From Balanoglossus misakiensis (taxonomy: Eukaryota > Animalia > Hemichordata): 64,000 nucleotides of DNA. The DNA is taken from assembly GCA_040954595.2 (NCBI GenBank), contig CM082595.2, positions 1,986,635 through 2,050,634 on the forward strand, read 5' to 3'. Of this stretch, positions 25,101 through 37,065 are shown piece by piece. The notes below the pieces were generated by a model. That model was not told the DNA's origin. It was given only the letters and a program-made list of their open reading frames with translations, and searched no databases. The translations under genes were made by a program, and so were the position numbers. Within the stretch, counting starts at the first letter, position 1. Each line of letters opens with the position of its first letter.

Positions 25101-28100
25101 AGTTAGGTCGGTTCCGGCACTACAAACTTGTAGATGCACAGCGAATGATCTTAAAGTTGTGGTGAGGGAAAAGATGTTTGTGATTCACAGATTTGACTCA
25201 CCTACCACTGCATACCCTCCAGGTATAATGGTGGCATGTACATCACCGTGCCAAAAACCTTGAGGAACCCAAGCTACCATACCTTCTCCAATGATTCGAC
25301 CAAAAGCTGCACCAACGATGAATACAGGCATAAAAACACCATGTGCCACAGGCATAGTGATTGAAACAGCTGTCATCCAAAACTAGGGAAAAGTATCGGA
25401 AAACTTGACAGTTATTGCTCCATGATTTGAAAGTAGCTTTGTTTGTTCTGCTATGGTTTGGCCCAAGTCCATTCTTCTCATTGGGAGTGCAGGAACTTAA
25501 TAATTTTATAGAGGAAAAATGGGGATGAAAGGGTTAATATCATGCTCTTTTGATAATGAGAACTTCAAGATATGAGTGACTATAAAAATGATGAGGCAGA
25601 ACGCAAAGTCACTCTATAGGGACTACATGCTTTCCTTTGGAAAAAGAATTCCACACTTACTGTCATCAACACGTACAGCCCAAGTGACAGAAATATTAGA
25701 CCATGGTTTCCCAACCAATATCGAGCATAGGTAGCCTCAGCTATATCTTCTTCAGAAGCGCCGACCCATGTCTCGTTGCTGAATAAGGAGGTCAGCACTT
25801 TCCCTGGGGTTAACTGTGATGAAGAACATTTTAATAGATTGGCATAAATGCATATAATTCATACTTTTATTGTTACTGTTGCACAGGGATAGTGAGTCAT
25901 TTTTGATATAAAAGTTACATAGAGCATGTCATGTTCTTACCTCTCCAGCCATGTATTGTCCAAATCCAAGAGGAAACGTAAATGTTGATATGACTATTGT
26001 GATCGTCACTGGATAAATATAGCGACTACAAACAGAAATACGTAACTGTTAGAATTAATATTGAAATACATGTGTATGACTAAATTAGCAATGAAGTTTC
26101 TTGACATTTGGTGCAGTAGTGACTAAAAAGGGCACCTTTTATATTTCTAGACCTGTCTAATATTAGATGGCTTTTTTCTGATCATCAGTATAATTGAGAA
26201 ATTAACCTTTTTTGCAGTATTCTCTTCAAAAGAGTCTTCTTTCTATTAAATTGGACTGTTCTCCTATGCATGTAGGTGAAGAGAGCCCCACCAAAACCAG
26301 TAACAACACTGCAAAGGAGAATATCATCATAAATGTGAACTGAATATGCCCCTGTTGTATGTTGTGTGCATGCTTTCTATGTTAAAATTCATCATGATTC
26401 TTGGTAGTCAAAAAAGAAACTTACCCAATCAATGCGAAAACAATAACTTCCAAAACATCATAAGGGAACTGTATCCGGAAGGTTGTCTGGTACAATGCAG
26501 TGATTGTTTCTGAAATCATTAGAATATTGAAATTCTGAGTACAGCAAATGAGCAAGAAATGAAATCCATTTTGCAATGAGCAATGAAAATGCAGAGCTAA
26601 TAGACCAGCCTTTACCTTCTTTTTCTCCCCAAACAGCCAATAATCTGAAAACCAAAGCTGCACATGTCGCAGCAAAGAATCCTCGCCAATAATTGCGCAC
26701 GGCAAAATATGCTGTGGTTACTTCTATGCTGAATAGAAGGCCTCCTATCGGTGCTGAAAAGGTGCAGGCAACACCGACAGCACAAGCGGCTGCTAACATA
26801 TCGTAGTTGTGATATTCATTCTGTCGATGAAAGCAGAGAAATTCTGTGACAATAGGCCGAGGATCGTCTTATGCAGATATGCGTAATTTCATGTGAAGAA
26901 ACATTATTACATGACATCCAATCCAAATTATCTGCAAATTTTGCATTGTATACTCCCTACCACAAAAATTCCAGTCAGCTTAGCCATCCATCGATTAAGT
27001 ATTGCAGCTACCATGCTAGCGATATGCACAAAAGGACCCTAGTTAAAGACAGAAATACAAAACCACATTAAAATGAATTGCTATCTTTGAAAATGTTCAT
27101 GTTCATGCTTGGTGTATGCACCCTGAATTTTAGCAGTGTTGGGTAAAGTATCAGCACAATGATTTTTAATTTCATAGTTATATCATGAACACGGACAACA
27201 TATGATTTATAGAAAAAGCAAACTTACAACTTTCCCAAGTGGTAAACTACTCCCAAGCGAACAAGCCAAACCAACAACTTTGGAGACTAAAGTCCGTAAT
27301 GATAAGTATTCCTTTAGGACCACACCTCTCAAAATTGTCTTCAATTCTGGAATTCCGGAACCTGCAGGTGTGAAATCCATAACAAGTCTTTGAACCAAGA
27401 ATATTTCATATTGAAACATAATTGTTATATTATATACAGTAAAACCTTTTCCTGTACTACCTTTGACAAGAACCACACGTAAAAGTTTCATCAAAGAATT
27501 GTTCTAGCATTCTTACCAACTCCATTAGGTTCAACGTAGTAGGTGAACACAGCAGAAAACAGTATAAGCCCAGTTGGGTACAAAACCCAAACAAGATATT
27601 GTGGAAATGGTTGACCGTCCAAGGCATGGAAGAAAAACACTTGGCCTGTACAGAAATCAAACTGTGTGTTATGAAATTGCACATTCCCTATCAAAGCAAG
27701 ACCTGGTGATATATATTATAAAGTGACAATATTGATCATTTTGATATTTTTGAGCGAGCTGGTAGTTGACCCACCAATTATATGTAAACAAATTCTTCCA
27801 TAGTAACATTGCGTGAGTAAACATAGCTTTTATATAGTTGCATGGTGTAATTCAGTGGTAATTAATTATAAGTCAAGTGCCTGGGTAATAAATGAAATAT
27901 GGCCGGTAACATATGTGACACATATATACCCAGTAAACTTTATAAATTTAGCGTTTGAACGTACCTGTCTGAAATCAGTGGTAATTAATTATAACGCAAA
28001 ATGCCTGGGTTATAAATTAATATAGTGGGCAACATATTTGATACACATAGTCCCAGTAAACTTAAATTTAGCATAAATTAAACTTACCTTTCTGAAATAA

Positions 28101-28617
28101 AGCAATACAATAATCAATACCAAATGACAACAGTGCCATCAATATACCAAGAAGAGTTAAGAACAGATAATCATTGCCAATACTCTTCTGCTTAAGAACT
28201 TCATTTCGAATAGACTGCAAAGTATCTGTAACAGTAATTCAAGATGTGATTTCACAGACAAAATGCAATAATTCCATAGACAAACAGATTATATCATTCA
28301 TACAGTGAAATGAGTGAGAGGTTTGCTTGTTTACAAACAAGAAAATAAGGTGTATCTCGTATGATACTAAGATATGGAGTTCTTAACAAATATAACACTG
28401 TAATTTCTGTTTTAATCAAGCTATGAAGTGAAAAGATCAGCCTACATTTGCATTTTTCGAGAAATGTTTCTGTCGTGGGTTCATTTTCTCTGACAATGTC
28501 ACTATCCTTTCGCCGTTGCCAGTCATGATGCCTTTGTCTTTCATCATGTTCTCTCTTCAGTCTGACTGCTTCCTCCTTCGCGAAGCGGGCCAGATCTTTG
28601 CGATACTCGCCATACAT
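22110..28617 (-). CDS. CLC chloride channel of the ClC-1/ClC-2/ClC-K branch (ClC-2-like backbone) with atypical pore residues
   Basis: About 20 exons encode [36 protein letters not shown]|[68 protein letters not shown]1 (AEDIM..) and CBS2 ([25 protein letters not shown]). Stop at 22110-22112. A candidate upstream exon 30960-30914 would add MLMHENT (ATG 30934). Confidence 0.95.
24931..25023. mobile_element. TTAA-MITE copy (reverse orientation) in a CLC intron
   Basis: tttaccctttctcc...cattgttttctatggtaag...ggaactgggggtgaaagggttaa. A more decayed copy lies at ~25445-25537. Confidence 0.75.
27851..28100. repeat. ~125-bp tandem duplication covering a CLC exon end and its splice donor
   Basis: tcagtggtaattaattataa...gcctgggt...cccagtaaactt occurs twice; the copies end aacgtacctgtctgaaat and aacttacctttctgaaat. 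Confidence 0.75.
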
Positions 28618-29134
28618 CTGAAATAATTGCATAATAATTTTTATCTGAGATTGATGGAAAGTGGAAATGTTTATATAAAATCCAGGTGAATTGATGTCAA
28701 CAATTTGTCTTGTACAACCTAAACCAAGCCAACATCTCAAAGCCATTTGTAAATAAAAAGGTGACGGTTATCATGGGCCTTTATTGACACTGAAAACAAT
28801 TCATATCAGGATCTTCATGTAGAACAAGTTTACACAATGCTGATCCACTTTAAAGTGATTTTAATGATTGTGTACGACCTGACATGACCTCAACTGTAGG
28901 TGGATTGACAAAACAATAATACACTAGTAATAATATACGGTACAGTAGTCATGTGATGACTTGTTCGCATATTTAGTTATTTATTGTCTTCTGTGTACTT
29001 TGAGAGGACAAGCAAAAATGGTATTAATAGTACATGCTGTAATATTTATTATTAATCCTGTATACTAGTGATCTTTACACTATATTGCTATGTTTTGTAC
29101 ATTTTGGCTGTAGGCCAGCATTTTGTGCGATAAA

Positions 29135-29275
29135 TGAAAATTCATGATGTATAGCTCATGAAAAATGTCAGAAAATGACAAAATGACAAAAATTCACAAA
29201 AAAACAGAATTTATCATTTTTTCACACATTTCATGATGTATAACTCATGAAAATTTTCGAAAACTGTCATAATTA
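29135..29275. repeat. Degenerate copies of the 87-bp satellite family
   Basis: ttcatgatgtatagctcatgaaaaatgtc...atgacaaaa and tttcatgatgtataactcatgaaaatt resemble the hairpin core of the 37-41 kb unit. Confidence 0.5.
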
Positions 29276-31384
29276 GATTCAGGCCAGAATTAGTTTCCCA
29301 ATAACTAAATTACAACATGGTGACCACCCTTTAGGGATCTTATGTCAACCACGGTTATCTTGACAACATTCTGTTCAGAATGTGTCTGTTTGTTTGGTGT
29401 CGTGTGTGGCAAGTAACCGTGGTGATGTTTAGCTTTCTCAACTGTATGTGGAGATGAGAGTTAAGCCTGGGTTCAATTTGATGCTTTCGACTGCATGTAC
29501 AGATGTGTTAATCGACACCTGTGTAACCATTAACTCTTCAATAGACGACCAATTTGTACAACCTGAAAAAGAATCAGTGTATGTACATGTACTACAGGTA
29601 ACAAAATAACTGAGAACTACTAACCAAGGTTGGTTGGTAACCAAACTCTGCTCCGAGAGATTGTTTGTCACACATTGTGTTCAGTGGATAGGATATTCTA
29701 CTTTGCTGAATACGGTGTGCGATCAGTGAATTATACGAACACGCGTGTAGTCAACTGATAAGGTGTCATCTATACAAACACTGATAACAAAAATTGACTG
29801 CTTAATGATTTCAATGAATTAGATAGCCAGTGTGTATACTGAGGCCTTATTTGAGGGCAGTGCAAACATTCCTTGCATGACCTCATATAGGACATGCCTA
29901 TTGCTAGATTATAAGGCTAATGTTCTTGTATTTTAACACAAATTATTGTTAGTTTGAATCGAACATGACACGTAAGTAGTAGACAAATGTGAGCTAAATA
30001 AATTGCCATAGTTCCTTTTTGGAAATACAAACAGATGTCTGTGAATAAAATGTGATTATAAAGAGTATGTTCCTTTTCGCAAAATGATGGAATTTTCAAA
30101 CGCATAGCTACAACAATGTTGATTAACTATTGCTACGTTCTGTTGGATTATCTATATGTTAAAGTTTAAACTCCGTATCAAAGGACACTCGTGTTATTGA
30201 TGTGTTTCGACAACAGTAGTCTGTTGAACTCTGAACGCGCTGGTCAAGTACTAATAATTGTCTAAACCAACATGTACGGAATTTGCTTAACAATTGTGGT
30301 ACCAGCCACATTACATTACCGTGACAATAGACCCCCATTTTCATATTCAAATATAGCATATTTTATTAAGAGACAAATAATTACCATATCTATGTAATTG
30401 TATTATATTAATAGCCGAGTAATTTATATACATTTGTAGATGTGAAACAAAAATGCCAAGCTTATGATATTTCATGACTTTTCTTAATGATATACAATGT
30501 ATATAAAATAGAGTTGGTCATAGTGAAACGTACTGGCAAACTCGATAAACAAAATAATATTTTACAACAGTAACATAGAAAATGATTATCTGATATGTAT
30601 ATTTTCTAATTTGTCAAGCAAGTTATATTTTGTTATCAAAAATTTCTAATCCCCCCCCCCCCTCCTGGGCAACATAGTTTTGTACAAGAGTTCCCAAAAT
30701 AGACAAAAAACTAAGATTTTTACAATGTCTGTAATTTCATGAAGTTTAAGGAACATTTTGATATCACCAATTAAGATTAGCATATTTATCGTGAGACTCT
30801 TAGAAAAAATGTTAAGGTTTTACCACAGAAGACCGGCAAAAAGAATTGGTACAAGTTGTTCATATGACGAGACTATCACGATAAAAACAAAAGTAGTACA
30901 TTTATGGACCTACCGTATTTTCATGCATTAACATTGTTGAAAACTTGAAACTTTCTTGATCTGCAGCAATAAAATGTAAAATTCATTTCCATCTACAGTA
31001 TACAACTATAGACAACTATCAACCAAGTATTGTGAAATAAGTCCTATTGTCGTTTACATATAGTGAACCAAGCGTACCCATTGGGGTTAAAACCTGCAGG
31101 TTTCAACTTTGTTACTAGATTTTATGGGTAAAGTAGTGTCACGTGGTTCCAGATGAAACAAGCAAAGGTTACTCATTAATGAAAAGACATTGGTCGCAGA
31201 CAAATAGTTTTTTTTTCTGTGTTTTACCATTTTGGTAATTAACTGTATTTTGTATGTATCTGTTGATCCTAATCTAATCTATATTTTACCATTTTGGCAT
31301 TTAAACTCATGCATACTTTACGCCAATGATCTGACATGCGAAGGGTAGTGTACATGTATAGCATCTTATACTCTACTCTTCTCT

Positions 31385-31416
<32 letters not shown>

Positions 31417-31446
31417 AATGATAATGACGATGATGATGATGATGAC
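31385..31446. repeat. (GAT)n microsatellite
   Basis: atgatgatgatgatgatgat...gataatgataatgacgatgatgatgat. Confidence 0.9.
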
Positions 31447-33102
31447 AGTATCAATATGATGTGTCCCAAACCACTATAGTCAGGTGGTGTTTTATTGAAA
31501 ACTGCATCAAATTTTGAGAAAAACAAATAAATGTAAAAAAGGCACTACTTGGTCGCTGAGGGCGCTATGAGCTTAACCCTGGCATAAAATGGAACAGAGA
31601 TATTGGATTTGTTTCCTGTTATTCTAATCACCGCTAAATTACTCATATTTTCTTGGCTACAGTAAAATTAATTTGTTTCATTGTAGCAGTTGCCGTAATT
31701 GTTGTTTTACTGATTGGTTTATTGTAATAATTGATTGCTTTTTCTTGATTGGTTTATTTGAATGATTGCAAGTCCCTGATTGGCTGTTTCCTGCACATGA
31801 ACACAGCTGCTGTGCTGGCTCCCAATTAGCATACAACTATGCAAATCCTATTTACAGTATTCCTATCAACAGTCTGTGAATGGTCAGTCTGTCAAAACAA
31901 AATTTGTTTATCAATAGAAGCCCAACAGATTATGAATAATTTCCAAGTCAGAGCATGCAGAAAGGCCGTGTGGTTGCTGGCCAATTTTTTCATGTCCATG
32001 TTTGCTCTAAATTTGCCAGTGAAAAACTAAATTTTACCTTCCCATTTTCAACACTTGTTTGCTGAAGTTGTTATCAGTTGAGGTAAGTCAGAGCTTTTTT
32101 TTACCTCTGTGAACATGTCTGCAAGTCCAGCAAAAGTATCCATGGAAGGGGGGGGGGGGGGGGGTTGCACAAGCATGGCATGGAAAAATACAGTGTTGTT
32201 CATTTCGTGCCTAATGGCCACACACGCTTTGTTCAACTTTGCTTCACTGGAAAGTATCAAGTTCAAAACTTGCCTGTTTTACATGTACATGTAGCTCTAA
32301 ATTCATAAATGCAACGTGAGAAATTTATTTCTGTCATTTTATTGGTGTATTTATCTTCATGAAATTTACTTTTCTTTTGTTTGCTGTCCTTTAGATGTGG
32401 TCTTCAATGGAGTGTCAGAAGCCATTGCAGCCATCAGTGGAGTAGTGAAGGTACGTCACTCATTTCATTTACTCAATAGGATTTAGTCAGTCAGATGCAT
32501 TGATGGCAGACAATCGTGTTCATGTAAATGATGTTGACTTGCTAGATAATATTTTATTGCAATGTATTTTCATTGGGGCAGTTGTCCATCAAATTAGTCA
32601 GTGCGCAACAGCAAAAAAGTTGCGCAGGACAAGCCCTTTCAAGCAAATGGCAGAATTTTCATGAAAGTGACCTATAGAGATGATCCTGACTCGTCAGTTG
32701 CAAGTGTGCAGAAGACTTCGCGAAATCTATAATTGTCTTGCCATAAGAGTAGCTAGTGCTGGTAGTCAAACATAGTTTTGTTCGTCCAAGAAGTTTGGAG
32801 GTTTCTTGGTTGATATGGACAACCAAACATATTGCCTCAAGAAAAGTAAACATTGCCACAGAATAGTATTTTGGCATATTTCAACAAGTCAAACGGCATA
32901 GAAATTTTCATATTAAAATAGGTCAATAGAGAGCAATTTTGTCACTTTAATAATGAACAATAATAAAGAGAAACTTTGTTGAATGTGTGTACTTTATTGG
33001 ATGTGTCAGGGCATTGCCAAGTTTAGTAGTGTTAGCAAAATACAGGTCCCCCCCCCCCTCCCCTGTCAAATAGTCTAAACAGTCTTTTATTTGAGTAAAT
33101 TA

Positions 33103-33290
33103 CTGATCTCTGGTAGCTGTTGCGAGGTCGTCTGGATAGCCATATGAAGTAACAGTCTTGGTGTATGGTCATCTTCTTTGACCATCCCCAGAGGTCAGGT
33201 GTTCTGATCTCTGTGGCTGTTGCGAGGTTGTCTGGATAGCCAAATGAAGTAACAGTGGTCATCTTATATTGGATGATCCCCAGAGATTCA
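33103..33290. repeat. ~100-bp tandem duplication
   Basis: ctgatctctg...gctgttgcgaggtYgtctggatagccaWatgaagtaacagt...ggtcatctt...atcccagag occurs twice. Confidence 0.75.
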
Positions 33291-33413
33291 TGTAGTATAA
33301 TCTGCTAAACATATAGCAATATTTCTGCATTTTCTGTCAGGAGAGTCGCACAAAACTGTTTAATTTAAGGTTCAATATCTGACTACTTTAATATTCCTTT
33401 GTAGCATTAACGC

Positions 33414-33878
33414 AAATTTTGGCGGCCATTTTGAAATTCAAATTTGAGAATGTTTCTCAGTAAATTTTGGCGGCCATTTTGAAATTCAAATTTGAGAATG
33501 TTTCTCAGTAAATTTTGGCGGCCATTTTGAAATTCAAATTTGAGAGTGTTTCTAGTTAAAAAATTTGCAGTATTCCTCACTTTATTCAAATCTGAAATTG
33601 CCTTTAGCATGTTTCTCAGTAAATTTTGACGGCCATTTTGAAATTCAAATTTGAGAATGTTTCTCAGTAAATTTTGGCAGCCATTTTGAAATTCAAATTT
33701 GAGTGTTTCTAGTTAAAAAATTTAGAGTATTCCTCACTTTATTCAAATCTGAAATTGCCTTTAGCATGTTTCTCAGTAAATTTTGGCAGCCATTTTGAAA
33801 TTCAAATTTGAGTGTTTCTAGTTAAAAAATTTAGAGTATTCCTCACTTTATTCAAATCTGAAATTGCCTTTAGCATGT
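33414..33878. repeat. 48-bp tandem repeat nested in ~110-bp larger units
   Basis: Unit aaattttggcggccattttgaaattcaaatttgagaatgtttctcagt, six cores, interleaved three times with gtgtttctagttaaaaaattt...ttattcaaatctgaaattgcctttagcatgtt. Confidence 0.9.
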
Positions 33879-34316
33879 TCCGAGTCAGGTACTTCCATAA
33901 GGGATGTTAATTTCCAGTCAATTCAGAAGACTTTGATCCAGTTCCTAAAATAGCATAATGCAATTTCATTGCATTTTAGATAAAAATCACAGCTAGTGTT
34001 CGTAATGAATGTCAGGGTCACCACAAAGACAGAACAGACAATTTCTTTCGAATAACGCAATTCTTTTATTTACTTTATAAAATAAGCGGACAAGTTTGAA
34101 ATGCTCTGACAATAATAGAAATAGGCAGTCTAGAATGTGTGCATGTATAACTGTCAATAGTTTTAAAACTTAGGAATATTGTACGATTGATAGATTCCAA
34201 AATTGCATTAAATCTTAATTGATGTGTACAACCGAGTCCATGGCAACTTCCCTGCACCTAAGGACGAAAATAAAATTAGATTAGGAGAATAATTTAGCAA
34301 TGTAATTGTGTGTGTG

Positions 34317-34494
34317 TCTTACTTCGATTGATCTAAGTTAAATTTTTTTTACAAGTGCATTACGGGCATCCTAATCTATGCAAGATCTTTTCTAATGCAA
34401 AAAATGTTTTGCATCTGAAAAGATCTTGCATAGATTAGGATGCCCATAATGCACTTGTAAAAAAAATTTTTAACTTAGCTCAACCGAAGTAAGA
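34317..34494. repeat. Near-perfect ~178-bp palindrome (long hairpin)
   Basis: Arm tcttacttcgattgatctaagttaaattttttttacaagtgcattacgggcatcctaatctatgcaagatcttttc... pairs with ...gaaaagatcttgcatagattaggatgcccataatgcacttgtaaaaaaaatttttaacttagctcaaccgaagtaaga. Confidence 0.92.
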
Positions 34495-34633
34495 GTTGTG
34501 CTAGGGATTTATTAGTCTCTGCAGTACACACATGGGGAGGTTAGGGTGGGGGCTAGGGATGGCATATTAAAAGCAAAAAAAAAAACTAAGTCAGAAACGC
34601 TAAAAATTTGAAATTTGTCTATACCTCCACGTT

Positions 34634-34707
34634 GGGGCATATACAAGTTTCAAAAATTTTCTAAGTTTTCTTTGACTTAGAAAATTTTTGAAACTTGTGT
34701 ATGCCCC
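34634..34707. repeat. 74-bp hairpin (33-bp arms, 8-nt loop)
   Basis: ggggcatatacaagtttcaaaaattttctaagt tttctttg acttagaaaatttttgaaacttgtgtatgcccc (1 mismatch). Confidence 0.92.
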
Positions 34708-34924
34708 CTACATAACTTGCATTTTCTAACACTTGCCTTGTCTTTTCAGATCCCGGCTGGACTCCACTTCTTTCGATTGGTCATCAACCATTCAACAGAT
34801 AGACCTGAAACGACAAGTGAATACGAGTTAAATTTCAATATGAAATATGAAATATGAAATATGAAAATGAAATAAAATACAATAAATTTCAATCCTTGTG
34901 TCTGCTTTTTTGTAAAAAAAAAAA

Positions 34925-36890
34925 AAAAACACTTAGAAATTTTTCAGGCTTTACTCTATGCTTATTAAAAACACTTAGAAATTTTTCAGGCTTCACTCTA
35001 TACTTATTAAAAACACTTAGAAATTTTTTAGGCTTCACTCTATACTTAGACATTAAAAACACTTAGAAATTTTTCAGGCTTTACTCTCTACTTTGACATT
35101 AAAAACACTTAGAAATTTTTCAGGCTTTACTCTATGCTTTCACATTAAGAAAAACACTTAGAAATTTTTCAGGCTTTACTCTATACTTTCACATTAAGTA
35201 AAACACTTAGAAATTTTTCAGGCTTTACTCTATACTTTGACATTAGGAAAAACACTTAGAAATTTTTCAGGCTTCACTCTATACTGAAACATTAAAAACA
35301 CTTAGAAATTTTTCAGGCTTTACTCTCTACTTTGACATTAAAAACACTTAGAAATTTTTCAGGCTTTACTCTCTACTTTGACATTAAAAACACTTAGAAA
35401 TTTTTCAGGCTTCACTCTATACTGAAACATTAAAAACACTTAGAAATTTTTCAGGCTTTACTCTCTACTTTGACATTAAAAACACTTAGAAATTTTTCAG
35501 GCTTTACTCTCTACTTTGACATTAAAAACACTTAGAAATTTTTCAGGCTTCACTCTATACTGAAACATTAAAAACACTTAGAAATTTTTCAGGCTTCACT
35601 CTATACTTAGACATTAAAAACACTTAGAAATTTTTCAGGCTTTACTCTCTACTTTGACATTAAAAACACTTAGAAATTTTTCAGGCTTCACTCTATACTG
35701 AAACATTAAAAACACTTAGAAATTTTTCAGGCTTCACTCTATACTGAAACATTAAAAACACTTAGAAATTTTTCAGGCTTTACTCTATACTTTGACATTA
35801 AAAACACTTAGAAATTTTTCAGGCTTTACTCTATACTTTCGAATTAGAAAAACTTAGAAATTGTTCAGGCTTTACTCTATACTTTGACTTTAGGAAAAAC
35901 ACTTAGAAATTTTTCAGGCTGTACTCTATACTTTGATATTAAAAACACTTAGAAATTTTTCAGGCTTTACTCTATGCTTTCACATTAAGAAAAACACTTA
36001 GAAATTTTTCAGGCTTTACTCTATACTTTCACATTAAGTAAAACACTTAGAAATTTTTCAGGCTTTACTCTATACTTTGACATTAGGAAAAACACTTAGA
36101 AATTTTTCAGGCTTCACTCTATACTGAAACATTAAAAACACTTAGAAATTTTTCAGGCTTTACTCTCTACTTTGACATTAAAAACACTTAGAAATTTTTC
36201 AGGCTTTACTCTCTACTTTGACATTAAAAACACTTAGAAATTTTTCAGGCTTCACTCTATACTGAAACATTAAAAACACTTAGAAATTTTTCAGGCTTTA
36301 CTCTCTACTTTGACATTAAAAACACTTAGAAATTTTTCAGGCTTTACTCTCTACTTTGACATTAAAAACACTTAGAAATTTTTCAGGCTTCACTCTATAC
36401 TGAAACATTAAAAACACTTAGAAATTTTTCAGGCTTCACTCTATACTTAGACATTAAAAACACTTAGAAATTTTTCAGGCTTTACTCTCTACTTTGACAT
36501 TAAAAACACTTAGAAATTTTTCAGGCTTCACTCTATACTGAAACATTAAAAACACTTAGAAATTTTTCAGGCTTCACTCTATACTGAAACATTAAAAACA
36601 CTTAGAAATTTTTCAGGCTTTACTCTATACTTTGACATTAAAAACACTTAGAAATTTTTCAGGCTTTACTCTATACTTTCGAATTAGAAAAACTTAGAAA
36701 TTGTTCAGGCTTTACTCTATACTTTGACTTTAGGAAAAACACTTAGAAATTTTTCAGGCTGTACTCTATACTTTGATATTAAAAACACTTAGAAATTTTT
36801 CAGGCTTTACTCTATGCTTTCACATTAAGAAAAACACTTAGAAAATTTTTCAGGCTTTACTCTTTACTTTGACATTAGGAAAAAACTTAG
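34925..36890. repeat. 46/49-bp satellite array (~42 units) with an 840-bp higher-order repeat
   Basis: Unit aaaaacacttagaaatttttcaggctttactctMtactttgacatt. 35101-35940 appears identical to 35941-36780 (18 monomers: 14x46 + 4x49). Confidence 0.97.
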
Positions 36891-37065
36891 AGTGTCCAAT
36901 TGAGATTGATTTGGTCTTACCTTAAGCTGTACTCTTGGATTTTTCAAACCATCATCTGAGAATTGAATTGATTTCACCTTGACTTTAATGCAACTCACTG
37001 CAATGCAAAGAACAAAATCAGGGTAAGTTTAACAACAATATTAATTACACAAAAAGAATGATAAC

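Noticed and set aside
22110-28617. CLC gene as a pseudogene that has lost its gate residues by decay
   Set aside because: The exons I translated are open with canonical splice sites and matching phases, and both CBS domains and the other motifs are conserved.
33407-33610. ORF with LKFEFQNGRQNLLRNI repeats
   Set aside because: It is the translation of the 48-bp DNA repeat.
32650-34810. Faint resemblance to transposon proteins (YqaJ-like GGFLVDMDNQTYCLKKSKH; THAP-tail-like DPGWTPLLSIGH)
   Set aside because: The fragments are too short, bounded by stops and lack catalytic motifs. They cannot be supported without a profile search.
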